A DNA stretch of 64,000 bases, from IMG/VR virus record IMGVR_UViG_3300044796_000401; one strand, 5' to 3'. Position 1 is the first letter of the stretch. Every line of letters starts with the position of its first letter. The translations under genes were made by a program, and so were the position numbers. The notes below the pieces were generated by a model. That model made no database searches, was not told where the DNA came from, and saw only the letters and a list, made by a program, of their open reading frames with translations. This DNA is from a virus. Its lineage: Duplodnaviria > Caudoviricetes. This document shows positions 1 to 9,339 of the stretch, in pieces.

Positions 1-903
1 GCGGAGATGGTGGTACATCCAATACTCCAAGGAATTCCCGGCTTCTGTCGTGATCATCCGCTTCTTGGTGGTGCGGGCGTGATTGCCGGAATGACAAGGA
101 ATGAGGAATCGAGTGTCCGGGTCCGTGTTTTCCAGCATGAACTTAAGGCCGCTGACAAGCTGATCTTCCGCGTGCTGGATGGCCTCCATCGGAAGGAGCA
201 AGTTGCTGGCCGCTGCATCCTCGTGGATGTTGTTCGTGATGAAGTCGCCCAGCAGCGCGATGATGACCTGCTTGATGGCGGTGTCCCGCTTGAGGATATC
301 AATCAAGCGAAGAGCCCCCTGCCAGAACCGTGCGACACGCGCAGCGCCGATCTCAAGGTTAAACTCGTTAAGACCCGCTACGTGCGTGTTGATGACCTCT
401 TCCTCAAGGTGCCAGTCGGAAGCGACAACACACGCCACGGACTCGCTGGTGCTGGACGGCGTACGTGGGGCAAGTATGGTGACTTGGGGCGTGTATTGCC
501 CGAGGGACACAGCGGCTTCCAGTTCTTTTTCAAGCTTAATGATGCGCGTGGCCGCTACTTTTAGCTGTCCCTTGGCGTCCTCTTGCTTGGCCTTGATCTT
601 CTCTTTTTCCAGATCAAGCTTCAATTCCGGGGTTAACTTTGGTTCAATCGGCGTGGGTGCCTTCGGTTCTGGGGTCAAATCGGCTGCCTCGCACCCGGCC
701 TCCTTCACCAGATCGCTGAACTTCGGGAAGTAAAGGGAAATGGCCTTGTCGGCGAATTTGCCCTGCTGGCGGTAGAAATCGCGGGTGATTACGGCGTTTG
801 GAAAGCTCTTGCGGATACTGCGTATGTCATTCAGGAGTTGCTCACGGGAAGCGGTGGCCCTTTTGTGGCCCTCCGCTGTCCTTGACTGGGGTTTCTTAGA
901 CAA
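1..903 (-). CDS. Calcineurin-like metallophosphoesterase with N-terminal extension; runs off the window edge, absent from the ORF track
   Basis: Hand translation from TTG at 903 (GGAGG upstream) is open to base 1. It shows motifs VASDWH, LLGDFI and HSGNH. Confidence 0.75.
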   Translation of the reverse strand, partial: MSKKPQSRTAEGHKRATASREQLLNDIRSIRKSFPNAVITRDFYRQQGKFADKAISLYFPKFSDLVKEAGCEAADLTPEPKAPTPIEPKLTPELKLDLEKEKIKAKQEDAKGQLKVAATRIIKLEKELEAAVSLGQYTPQVTILAPRTPSSTSESVACVVASDWHLEEEVINTHVAGLNEFNLEIGAARVARFWQGALRLIDILKRDTAIKQVIIALLGDFITNNIHEDAAASNLLLPMEAIQHAEDQLVSGLKFMLENTDPDTRFLIPCHSGNHARTTKKRMITTEAGNSLEYWMYHHLR

Positions 904-1119
904 AGTGGACGTTCCCTCCAACGGAACTTTCTACTTAAGAACTCAATAGCTCTGGCACAGCATAATTGGTGTCCCCATCCGTGCGAGCAAGCTGCACGCC
1001 GGGAACAACGCTCAGACCTTCAATACTCGTTATCGCTTGGAAATACCGTATTTGAAATACATTAGATGGGGAGTGCGTGAGCGCTGCCTTTCGGTTTTTC
1101 CAGTGTTGTTGGGGATACA

Positions 1120-1824
1120 ATGGAGCTATCTAGTAGGCGCATCAAAAATCTGGCGGGGCGAACAATGGGCTGCTGGGCCGTGCTGGATTGTGCGGGCAAC
1201 AACAAGCACGGGCAAGCCATGTGGAACTGCCGATGCGGATGCGGGCTTGAACGGGTCGTGCGGGGGGGTCGGCTTTTGGGGGGTCGGAGCATTTCCCGTG
1301 GCTGCGAGAAAATCAGCAGCCTCACCGGACGCAAATTCGGTAAATTGCTGGTTCTACAGCGGCTTCCCGCTTCATCCGCAAGACAGTCTGTTTGGCTCTG
1401 CCGCTGCGATTGTGGCGAAAAAGGCGCTGTTCATGGCACCAATTTATTGAGAAACCTAGTTAAAAGCTGCGGCTGTTTACGCCGTGAAATCACGCAAGCT
1501 CGAATGACTGGGCCTTCCAATCCCGGCTGGAGGGGAGGCATAACCCCTGAAGTCCAACGGATTAGAAACCATCGAAAAACGAGAAACTGGAAACGATCCG
1601 TATTTAAGCGGGACAACTTTACTTGCCAAAAGTGCAATGTCCGTGGCGGACGATTGGAAGCCGACCGCCACCCAAGGCCGTTTCGAAGCTTGGTCGTGGA
1701 AATCACAGGGTTGTACGGCACAGCCAATCTACACGAAAAGGCGCTGGAATACGCCCCGATGTGGGATATCGACAACGGCCGAACACTATGCTATGAATGC
1801 CACGGAGGAAAATCAAATGCTTAA
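1120..1824 (+). CDS. HNH homing endonuclease with N-terminal Cys-rich DNA-binding repeats
   Basis: WNCRCGCG and KFGKLLV...WLCRCDCG...SCGC repeats. C-terminal CQKC...EADRH...NGRTLCYECH. Confidence 0.8.
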   Translation: MELSSRRIKNLAGRTMGCWAVLDCAGNNKHGQAMWNCRCGCGLERVVRGGRLLGGRSISRGCEKISSLTGRKFGKLLVLQRLPASSARQSVWLCRCDCGEKGAVHGTNLLRNLVKSCGCLRREITQARMTGPSNPGWRGGITPEVQRIRNHRKTRNWKRSVFKRDNFTCQKCNVRGGRLEADRHPRPFRSLVVEITGLYGTANLHEKALEYAPMWDIDNGRTLCYECHGGKSNA

Positions 1825-3397
1825 ATCGGCCGATAAACTACCAAATATGCACAGCACGGAGGTTCGTGGATTGCCGATAGTCATTCAATGGCCTCGCGGC
1901 AGCATCCGGGTGGGCAAGCGCGAAGACGGCACCGAATTCAAGTCAGAGATGAAGTCAGATTACGGTTATGTGCCCGGAACGACGGACGCCGATAATGATG
2001 GCCGTATTGATGTGTACATCGGGCCGGACGAAAAAGCCGAATATGCCTATGCGGTTGAACAACTCAAGGATGACGGCTCGTTCGACGAATACAAAGTCAT
2101 GTTGAATTTCTCCTCTTTGGAAGACGCCGAGGAAATATACGCCGTCCATGCGGGGGAGGACCGCCTCGGGGAGATTCAGGAAATCCCGTTCGACGAGTTC
2201 GCCGAACAGGTTCAGGCCCACCAAAAAACACGGACACCGGATCGCCAAGAAAAACTGGAAGAAAAGACCGCCGGGGAGCACGCCCTGATCGAGGCTTACG
2301 TAAAAAATTATGCCCATGAAATTGACTTCTATGAAGAGGTCGCCCATCTTGCACAAGACAAGCTCGACTCCGCCTTGCAGGACGGGGGCATCAAGGCGGT
2401 CGTGTCATCCCGTGCAAAACGCCCCAGCCGCCTAGAAAAGAAGCTCCTCAAGCGCGAGTCGGAGAAAGGCTACAAGACCTTCCGCAATATTACCGACGAC
2501 ATCGTGGACCTCGCGGGATGCCGCGTGGCGCTCTATATGCCCAAAGACCGCGAAGAGGTGGGGGCGATCATCCAAGAACTGTTCACCGAGGTCCGCCCGA
2601 CCAAACACTTTCCCGAGGATAGGGGGCCGGGAGACTCCCTCGGCTATGTCGCCGACCACTATTTGGTGAAGCTCAAGCCCGAAGCCCTGCGGAAGAAAGA
2701 ATTCCGGTATGCCGACACGCAGGTCGAGATACAAGTGGCGAGCGTGCTGATGGCCGCTTGGGCTGAAGTTTGTCACGACCTCATCTACAAGCCGGAGAAG
2801 GGCAAGCTGACTCCCGCGGAAATGAGCCTGCTCAAGGACCTGAACGACATCGTGCAAATGGGCGAGCAGCAGCTTGAGAAGCTCCAGAACGCCATCGAGC
2901 ACCGCACGTCGGAAGACCTGAGGTTCGACATCGTGGCGACGCTGGAGAAGCTCGCCAAGATCGGCCGCGGCGACGTGGAAGAGTTCAGGTTGCAGGCGGG
3001 CAAGATCGCAGCCGGATTTAACCCCAAGGACATCTGGCGCTACGGCGGCTGGCTCCTTTCCAATACGAATGTCGTGCCTTCGGTGGGGAACGAGAAGACG
3101 GCTTTGGATAACGGCGCGGCGAAATTCGACCTTGACATGTCCGGGGCGATGGTGATCGAGCGCAAGGGTGGCGACCGCCACGCGGAAGCCCGCCTTATGG
3201 ACTTCATCAAGAAATTCCCCCCGCCCGAAACTCTTCTCCTGAAGTTCAAAAGCGTCGGCGCGGAAGAGGATGCCGCAAAGCTTCTGAAGGACCTCGGCGT
3301 CACTGCTGCGGCTCCGACACAGCCCGCCAAGAGCCAATGGGCATCGTACTTGAAAGCCCGGCTGGCGATGATCAAGTCCGGCAGAAACCCCCAGTAA
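1817..3397 (+). CDS. Inorganic-pyrophosphatase-like domain fused to a RelA/SpoT (small alarmone synthetase) domain
   Basis: Start at ATG 1817 (GGAGG RBS), inside ORF 1637..3397. N-terminal DYGYVPGT..DNDGRIDV..GP...FDEYKVML. Central SRAKRPSRL, DIVDLAGCRV, GYVADHY and EIQVASVLMAAWAEVCHDLIYK. Confidence 0.8.
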   Translation: MLKSADKLPNMHSTEVRGLPIVIQWPRGSIRVGKREDGTEFKSEMKSDYGYVPGTTDADNDGRIDVYIGPDEKAEYAYAVEQLKDDGSFDEYKVMLNFSSLEDAEEIYAVHAGEDRLGEIQEIPFDEFAEQVQAHQKTRTPDRQEKLEEKTAGEHALIEAYVKNYAHEIDFYEEVAHLAQDKLDSALQDGGIKAVVSSRAKRPSRLEKKLLKRESEKGYKTFRNITDDIVDLAGCRVALYMPKDREEVGAIIQELFTEVRPTKHFPEDRGPGDSLGYVADHYLVKLKPEALRKKEFRYADTQVEIQVASVLMAAWAEVCHDLIYKPEKGKLTPAEMSLLKDLNDIVQMGEQQLEKLQNAIEHRTSEDLRFDIVATLEKLAKIGRGDVEEFRLQAGKIAAGFNPKDIWRYGGWLLSNTNVVPSVGNEKTALDNGAAKFDLDMSGAMVIERKGGDRHAEARLMDFIKKFPPPETLLLKFKSVGAEEDAAKLLKDLGVTAAAPTQPAKSQWASYLKARLAMIKSGRNPQ

Positions 3398-3460
3398 AAC
3401 AGGCAAAATGACAACTTCGGAGAAACCTCGATTTTCCAGTACCTTAAGATAGAGGGTATC

Positions 3461-6439
3461 GTGGAATCATCATTGCTCAAATCCGCCATCAGTGTCGCAC
3501 CCGAGAACGGAAAAATCGCCAAGACCACGGCCAAGCATGCCAGCACGCAAATCAACCTCCCGGAGGAACTGGCCGAGAAGCTACGGGAAGCCGTGCGGGA
3601 GGTCATCCCGGAGTCCGACCTCATGGCTGACGGCTACGAGGAAAATTTGCACGTGACGACCAAATACGGGGTTAAAGAGTCCGAAGACGACCTCGTCAAA
3701 GCGGTTGCCGGGCAAGCTGCGTTCGTCGTCGAGTTGGGCAAGACGCACGTCTTCGACCCGAGCGAGTCCAGCGACGGCGCGGCCCCGGTAGCGGTCTTGG
3801 TCGATGCTCCCGAGCTTCACGAACTGCATACGGCTATCGACAAGGCCATGGGCGTCAAGGAAGACAGCTTTCCGGACTACTTACCGCACGTTTGTTTGGC
3901 GTACGTCAAGCCCGAGGCCGCGAGCAAGTACGAAGGCTTGGACATCTTCAAAGGCATCGCCTTCGAGGCCGACAGCATCACCATCTCGAAGAAGGACAGG
4001 GTTTGCGTCGCCGTGCCGTTCGGGAAGGCCAAGACGGCGGCGAGCGACAGGGGAAGCTGCGTGACTCTGGCAGCCGATGCGGAGGGATTCCCGCCCGCGG
4101 TGGTCGTCCGCTTTCCGCAGCGCGGCATGCAGTGGCGTCAGGTGCTCAAGATTGTAAAACAAATTGTCGGAGAGGTCGCCGGGAAGCGCGTCCCTTGGAG
4201 AGACATCCGTATCTTCGAAAACCCGTGGGGCGGATACGCCGAACAGCAAGAGAGATTCCCCGAATGGGCGGCCAAGCAGAAACTCGTGATGTACGACATC
4301 ATGCCCGACGGGTCGTTCCAATCGGTCGGGAAGCCCCATGCCCCGCTTGCGATCCAAGGCAGCCACAAGACCCCGCCGCTCTCCGACACCGTGTACGAGA
4401 ACCCGGAAATCGGGCAGGAGACCAATGCCTATGCCGACATCCCGGAGCGCGTGAAGGGCGTCGAAGCCCTTCCGACTCTGGAGGAACTTGCGCCGGAGAT
4501 GTTCGAAAAGAAGGCAGCCGGATTTCCATCCTTGGAAGAAGTGCTCGAATACGGCGGCGGCAGCGTCGAAAGCGTGGTCAACGACCTCGTGGACTGGGAA
4601 CCGCTCCGCAAAAAGGTAAAGAATTTACCTGAAGCCGAGCAGGAAACCGCCCTCAACAAGCTGGGCTTGAAGGAGGTCACCCGGCGTTGGAAACAAGTCA
4701 ATGCGCTCATGCAATCGCACAAATTCCCGCTCACCGTCTACCGCGGCGTTTGCGCGAACAGCGCGAAAGAGGTCGTCACCGATCCCGATTTCGTGTCCAA
4801 GGAAAGCATAACGGGACGTGGGCTGGGGGTCTATTGGGCATACGACGAAGATAGCGCCTACCTGAGCAAGGAGCTTCTCCACAATTGTCCGGCGTGGGGC
4901 AAGAAGGGCATCATCATGTTCCGCGCCGTCATCTCCGATCCCTCCAAGGTGGATTGGCTGCATACGGCTTGGACAAACCTTGCGGCGGAGGACGAGAAAG
5001 AAGTCCATCTGGTCAAGGGCGCTCGAATCCAAGTCACGGGCGTGAAGAAATATGGCGAGACCACATGGCGCAATCCGCCTCCGAGGTTCCGCAGCGTGAC
5101 CGCCGTCTTCGCCGAGGCGCAGAACCAAGTGCAGCACACCGACCACAAGCCGGTCGGCATGTACAAGACCCCCAAGCGCGACCCGTTCCAAGAGGAATGG
5201 GATTTGTTCGCTCCGAAGGACGAGCCCGAGGCGCAGGAGCCGGAGACGAACGCCCCCATGACGCCGGGCGGGGAGATCAAGAGCCTTTTGAACAAGGCTG
5301 CCGCCAAGGCAACCTACGTGACGCTGTGGGATTTGGTGAATATCGCTGGCGGGCCGCTCCGCATCAAGAACCAGTGCAAGACCCCCGAGGAGGCGCTGGC
5401 ATTGCTCAACGACACCCACGCGAAATACCTCAGGAACTTGCGGACGAAATTCATCGGCATGCATGTGGTTCCCGAAGATCCGTCAAGGATCGCCGCTTGG
5501 GTCGAGCAGCTGTATTCCGAAAACAAAAAGACTGCCGCGCCGCTTCACGATGAAGCGAAGCAAAAGACATATTATCATGGCACCGATGAAGAAGCTCGGG
5601 CTCAAGCCATTCTCAAAGAGGGCATCCAGCCCCGCGAAATTATCCTGCCAAACAAAGCCAAGAGCCGGGCGATGCAAGCTCCGGTGCCGGATCGTGTTTA
5701 TCTGACTGACAGCTTTGGTTATGCCGCGATTTACGCCTTGGGCGGTCAAGCGTTCGGAATGGGGCTCAGCGACCGGACGAAAACCAATTATACCGCCGAC
5801 ATGTGGCTCAAGAATCACATCAAGGCGGGAGAATACGGATACATTTTCGAGGTGCGGGGAGCCGACCTCGCCGGGGATGTGGTGCCTGACGAGGATAGCA
5901 TCGGCGAAGCCCTCGCGTGGATGATCGACTACAAAAAGGATACGCGCAGGCTGGAAGAGCTTGAGACCCAGCCCGAACGCTGGAAGGGCGAGAAGGAAGG
6001 CTTGCAGCGCGGCTTGAAGGCCGTCATGGAGCAGCCGATCGCCAAAGCCCCGGAAGACATTCAAAACCGGCTTGCCTGGCTCAAGACTTACCTGACACCG
6101 GCGCAACTGGACCGCATCGACGAAGCGGCCGTGCAGTCGCAGGTCGGCAAAAAGCTCCAGAAGCGGCTGCCGCCCGATGTCGCCGAATGGCTTCTCGACC
6201 ACGGGGCTCACGTTGCGCACCAAGGCCCCGTATTCCCGGATCGCTGCTGGCGCTTCGGCAAGAAAGACGCCCTATATACCACAGACTTGCAAAGCATCCT
6301 GCAAGAAGTCCCCATTCGGAAGATAGCCGCGGCACAGCCAGTCGCCCCCGTGTATTTCTACATAGAAGTGCCGCGCTGGGCTCGGGAACGCTTCTGTCGC
6401 CTTCACCACATTGAAGAGAAGGACAAATACGATGTTTGA
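3461..6439 (+). CDS. Multidomain protein: 2H phosphoesterase (Acb1/T4 gp57B-like) + R-S-E-type ART-like domain + YHGT-type ART-like domain
   Basis: LHVTTKY and DYLPHVCLAY (HxT/HxC). LTVYRG...GVYWAYD...DEKEVHL. YYHGT...ILKEGI...VYLTDSFGYAAIYA. Confidence 0.72.
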   Translation: MESSLLKSAISVAPENGKIAKTTAKHASTQINLPEELAEKLREAVREVIPESDLMADGYEENLHVTTKYGVKESEDDLVKAVAGQAAFVVELGKTHVFDPSESSDGAAPVAVLVDAPELHELHTAIDKAMGVKEDSFPDYLPHVCLAYVKPEAASKYEGLDIFKGIAFEADSITISKKDRVCVAVPFGKAKTAASDRGSCVTLAADAEGFPPAVVVRFPQRGMQWRQVLKIVKQIVGEVAGKRVPWRDIRIFENPWGGYAEQQERFPEWAAKQKLVMYDIMPDGSFQSVGKPHAPLAIQGSHKTPPLSDTVYENPEIGQETNAYADIPERVKGVEALPTLEELAPEMFEKKAAGFPSLEEVLEYGGGSVESVVNDLVDWEPLRKKVKNLPEAEQETALNKLGLKEVTRRWKQVNALMQSHKFPLTVYRGVCANSAKEVVTDPDFVSKESITGRGLGVYWAYDEDSAYLSKELLHNCPAWGKKGIIMFRAVISDPSKVDWLHTAWTNLAAEDEKEVHLVKGARIQVTGVKKYGETTWRNPPPRFRSVTAVFAEAQNQVQHTDHKPVGMYKTPKRDPFQEEWDLFAPKDEPEAQEPETNAPMTPGGEIKSLLNKAAAKATYVTLWDLVNIAGGPLRIKNQCKTPEEALALLNDTHAKYLRNLRTKFIGMHVVPEDPSRIAAWVEQLYSENKKTAAPLHDEAKQKTYYHGTDEEARAQAILKEGIQPREIILPNKAKSRAMQAPVPDRVYLTDSFGYAAIYALGGQAFGMGLSDRTKTNYTADMWLKNHIKAGEYGYIFEVRGADLAGDVVPDEDSIGEALAWMIDYKKDTRRLEELETQPERWKGEKEGLQRGLKAVMEQPIAKAPEDIQNRLAWLKTYLTPAQLDRIDEAAVQSQVGKKLQKRLPPDVAEWLLDHGAHVAHQGPVFPDRCWRFGKKDALYTTDLQSILQEVPIRKIAAAQPVAPVYFYIEVPRWARERFCRLHHIEEKDKYDV

Positions 6440-7316
6440 TGATGCCGTCCTCTGCCAGAAAAACGTTGTTTACTGTTTTCGTAACAAGATAACAGGTAAA
6501 GTGTATATAGGAAAAACTGTTAAGTCCATGCGGACACGCTGGAAAACCCATCATTGGCATGCTTTTTCAAATAATAGCCCCGCCTTCTTCCATCGGGCGC
6601 TGCGTAAATATGGAGAAGAAGCATTTGAACTTAGCATCCTCGCAACCGCCACTACCAATGATGAACTTTGTCGTTTGGAAAAGAAGTACATTCAAGAACT
6701 GCAAGCTGATAACGCGGATACTGGATACAACCTCACGTCTGGAGGAGAAGGAAGCATTGGATACCATCCGAGTAAAGAGACACGTTTGAAGCTCAGCCGA
6801 GCAACGTCTGGGACTAGAAACCCGAATTATGGCAAAGCCAGTGTTTGGAGGGGAAAACCCCTGCCGTTGGCCGCCAAGATAAAATTAAGCATAGCCAATT
6901 CCGGCTCCTCTCATCCGTTGCACGGTCAACAATTCTCAGAGGATAAAATTGGGGCATTTAAGAGCCTCTTGGGGGGAGTAAAGCAAAAACAAAGAAAGGT
7001 GAAATACGCCCCGTCTGAAGAAACTCGCAGAAAAATCAGCCTCGCTAATCGGGGAAAAGTGAAACAAGCACCGTCTGAAGAAACGCGTAGGAAGATCAGC
7101 CTCGCTAACCGAGGCAAAGTTAGGTCGGAAGAATCACGCCAACGCTATCGTGAATCAAAAACTGGGGCAAAGAACCCGCAGTTTGGAAAGCCCGGCACGA
7201 AGCGGGGCACAAAATGGATACACCAAGAATCGGGAAAAGCAAAGATGGTACCCTTAAATGAAGTGCCAGAATCTTTGAATGCGGGCTGGCTGCTTGGTAT
7301 GGGAGCAAGGTCATGA
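6432..7316 (+). CDS. GIY-YIG homing endonuclease with NUMOD3 repeats
   Basis: VVYCFRNKITGKVYIGKT and LRKYGEEAF...GYN. APSEETRRKISLANRGK occurs twice with a 60-nt period at about 7000-7120. ATG at 6432 overlaps the upstream stop. Confidence 0.9.
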   Translation: MFDDAVLCQKNVVYCFRNKITGKVYIGKTVKSMRTRWKTHHWHAFSNNSPAFFHRALRKYGEEAFELSILATATTNDELCRLEKKYIQELQADNADTGYNLTSGGEGSIGYHPSKETRLKLSRATSGTRNPNYGKASVWRGKPLPLAAKIKLSIANSGSSHPLHGQQFSEDKIGAFKSLLGGVKQKQRKVKYAPSEETRRKISLANRGKVKQAPSEETRRKISLANRGKVRSEESRQRYRESKTGAKNPQFGKPGTKRGTKWIHQESGKAKMVPLNEVPESLNAGWLLGMGARS

Positions 7317-7537
7317 CCGACCACAACCTCGAATTCTGGGCGTTCCGCGACCGCCCGCGGTGCTTCTACGACCAGAAGATCGTCTTCACGTTCGACCGCA
7401 AGCCCATCGCGGAAGCGACGGTGCTGAAGATCGAGGAGCCAGGCCAGAGCGTATGCAGCGAAACTCAAGAGTACCTTAACTACTACAAAGTTCTTTGGCG
7501 TCCGGATACCTTCAGGAAATATACCCAAGCAGGTTAA
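7313..7537 (+). CDS. Hypothetical protein (74 aa)
   Basis: ATGA overlap with the upstream gene; GC3-rich codon usage. Confidence 0.6.
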   Translation: MTDHNLEFWAFRDRPRCFYDQKIVFTFDRKPIAEATVLKIEEPGQSVCSETQEYLNYYKVLWRPDTFRKYTQAG

Positions 7538-7564
7538 AAGGCATTTGATAAATCGACTTTCGCC

Positions 7565-7592
7565 TGTGCCGCATCCGAAGGGCGGTGGCACA
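7565..7592. terminator. Hairpin between convergent transcription units
   Basis: TGTGCC...GGCACA outer stem with CCGC/GCGG inner stem. No clear U-tract. Confidence 0.3.
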
Positions 7593-7683
7593 TAAACGGG
7601 AATCTGTCAACGCTATTTAGGGGAATTATACGCTTGATTCCACAGATTTAGACCCTTTGTTTTGAAGGCTATGCGCTTCACCC

Positions 7684-7722
7684 CTCCCAATTGTTGTTAA
7701 TAAGGGTGGTCAACCCATCAAG
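7684..7722. repeat. 39-bp perfect direct repeat, copy 1
   Basis: CTCCCAATTGTTGTTAATAAGGGTGGTCAACCCATCAAG is identical to 8890-8928. Confidence 0.97.
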
Positions 7723-7859
7723 TTGTGATCGAAGAGTGGAAACTTCATGCTTGTCCTTCAGCCGCCAGAGGGCGGTGCGTGGGAAACACAGGTACACGGG
7801 GGGCGAAGGCCCCCTACGACTAGGGGTTAGACAGACGGAATTTGGGAGTAATTGGGGGG

Positions 7860-8786
7860 CTAGGCGGCGGCTTTGATCAGACCGGCGGCGATGCAGAGGG
7901 CGCACTTCGCACTGGGCTTGGGGAGATAGAACTTGCCGCTGCGAGAGTAGCCGTTGACATGCCAATGAAGGTGGTTGGACATACGACCAGCTTGGGAAGA
8001 AATCTTCTGAAGATGCCCGTTCTCAACATTATTACGCCCGTTCCGTCGTGCCGCCGCTCTTGTTTGTGGTAAATCTTGAAGGGCTTGTATCTGACCCCTT
8101 TCCGCCGCCTCACACCCGCTCTTAAGACCGCCCCTGCGACTGTCTTCTGTCCTCTGCTTTAATGTACGCCCAAACAATCCTGTTTTGTTTTTGAAGTTCT
8201 TGCGACCTTGAGTGCGGCCGTTTTTTCGTTGCGCTTCTTTTGTTTGCGGCAAGTTGCGGATGCGGTCCCATTCACCACTTTCCACAATTTGACGGCCCCG
8301 AATGGGACCTTGAATGAGCCCAGCTTTACGCCCATCTTCCGACATCTTTTCAGGTGTACGTCCACAAAAACCTGTCTTGTTTTTTGCATTGCTGCGACCA
8401 CCAGCCCGAGGACCTATACCAACCCGAAACTCAAGTTCAAGCAGTTCGACATCGGTGTACGTGTGCGGCCTGCCAACGGCCTTGTCCAGCCCCAGAGAGA
8501 ACCACAGTTTCCGCGACTTTCCAAGTTTTACATGGTTGCACCGGCAGTGCACCGCCTTCAAATTCATCGGCGCGTTGGCTAACGCAATAGCTTCCTCGAT
8601 GGGCAAATCGGACTTTGCGATCCATATGACGGGGATGCTATGATCAAGAGCCGCCAAGATCAAATCCTGAATCCCCTCCCCGCACAGGTCGCACAGCCGC
8701 CGCTGGTTCTTATAGCACGCTTCGAGGAGATCGGGCGTTGCGTTGCGGATAAGCTTGGCGCGTGTTTTGATTTCGGCCTTGGTCAT
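7860..8786 (-). CDS. HNH (EndoVII-like) endonuclease with C-terminal G/K/R-rich repeats
   Basis: LCDLCG...ALDH...NLKAVHCRCNHVK, then duplicated KNKTG(F/L)xGRT and LPQT modules. Confidence 0.75.
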   Translation of the reverse strand: MTKAEIKTRAKLIRNATPDLLEACYKNQRRLCDLCGEGIQDLILAALDHSIPVIWIAKSDLPIEEAIALANAPMNLKAVHCRCNHVKLGKSRKLWFSLGLDKAVGRPHTYTDVELLELEFRVGIGPRAGGRSNAKNKTGFCGRTPEKMSEDGRKAGLIQGPIRGRQIVESGEWDRIRNLPQTKEAQRKNGRTQGRKNFKNKTGLFGRTLKQRTEDSRRGGLKSGCEAAERGQIQALQDLPQTRAAARRNGRNNVENGHLQKISSQAGRMSNHLHWHVNGYSRSGKFYLPKPSAKCALCIAAGLIKAAA

Positions 8787-8886
8787 GACGTTGTCCTACC
8801 TATAGGATACGGCCAAAAATGGTAAATCGGCTATCCGTAAGTGGCTGATTATCATAGGTTTGGATAGTGGGCCTAGTTGTCCGAGG

Positions 8887-9339
8887 TTACTCCCAATTGT
8901 TGTTAATAAGGGTGGTCAACCCATCAAGGTCAGTTACCGAGCGCATTTTAGAACGGGGGGTAATTTGCTCTTGTAGCCAACGGATGGAGCAAGGCTTTTG
9001 ACCCCCGCCACCGTGAACAACATAGGTAGGAATACCCGTCTTTTTTATGTTTTCGTGAAGGAAAACAAACTTTTCGTCCACTGAACCTTTGCTTTTTTGA
9101 TATTTGCATTCGATGCACTTCTTGCTGCCGTCTCGCTCCGTTATCAAAATATCCACGTGCCGCTTAGACCCGTAGACGGTTTCCCCGACATAAACATGCC
9201 GCTGAAAGGTTTTTTCTCCCGCAACGGGGGGCTGTTCCTTATAGCCGTTTTCCTCCAAGAGAGGCACGATTTGCCTTTCGAGAATCCGCCCGTTTTTGTT
9301 GGCTTCCCCTCCTGATGTTCGTTTTTTATTTCTTGGCAT
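8887..9339 (-). CDS. PD-(D/E)XK nuclease, restriction-endonuclease-like
   Basis: Start MPRNKK with GGAGG RBS. NGRILE...HVDIL...IECKYQKSKGSVDEKF. Directly downstream of a DNA methylase. Confidence 0.75.
   Translation of the reverse strand: MPRNKKRTSGGEANKNGRILERQIVPLLEENGYKEQPPVAGEKTFQRHVYVGETVYGSKRHVDILITERDGSKKCIECKYQKSKGSVDEKFVFLHENIKKTGIPTYVVHGGGGQKPCSIRWLQEQITPRSKMRSVTDLDGLTTLINNNWE
8890..8928. repeat. 39-bp perfect direct repeat, copy 2 (last 13 codons of the PD-(D/E)XK gene)
   Basis: Identical to 7684-7722; encodes LDGLTTLINNNWE on the minus strand. Confidence 0.97.

Noticed and set aside
7678-7965. ORF ending LDGLTTLINNNWEG as a nuclease paralogue
   Set aside because: Only the last 13 codons match, because of the 39-bp repeat; the rest overlaps the HNH gene and a non-coding tail.
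7684-8928. CRISPR array
   Set aside because: The 39-bp repeat has only two copies 1.2 kb apart and the 52-bp repeat at 24384 has no spacers. No cas genes or repeat-spacer periodicity were seen anywhere.
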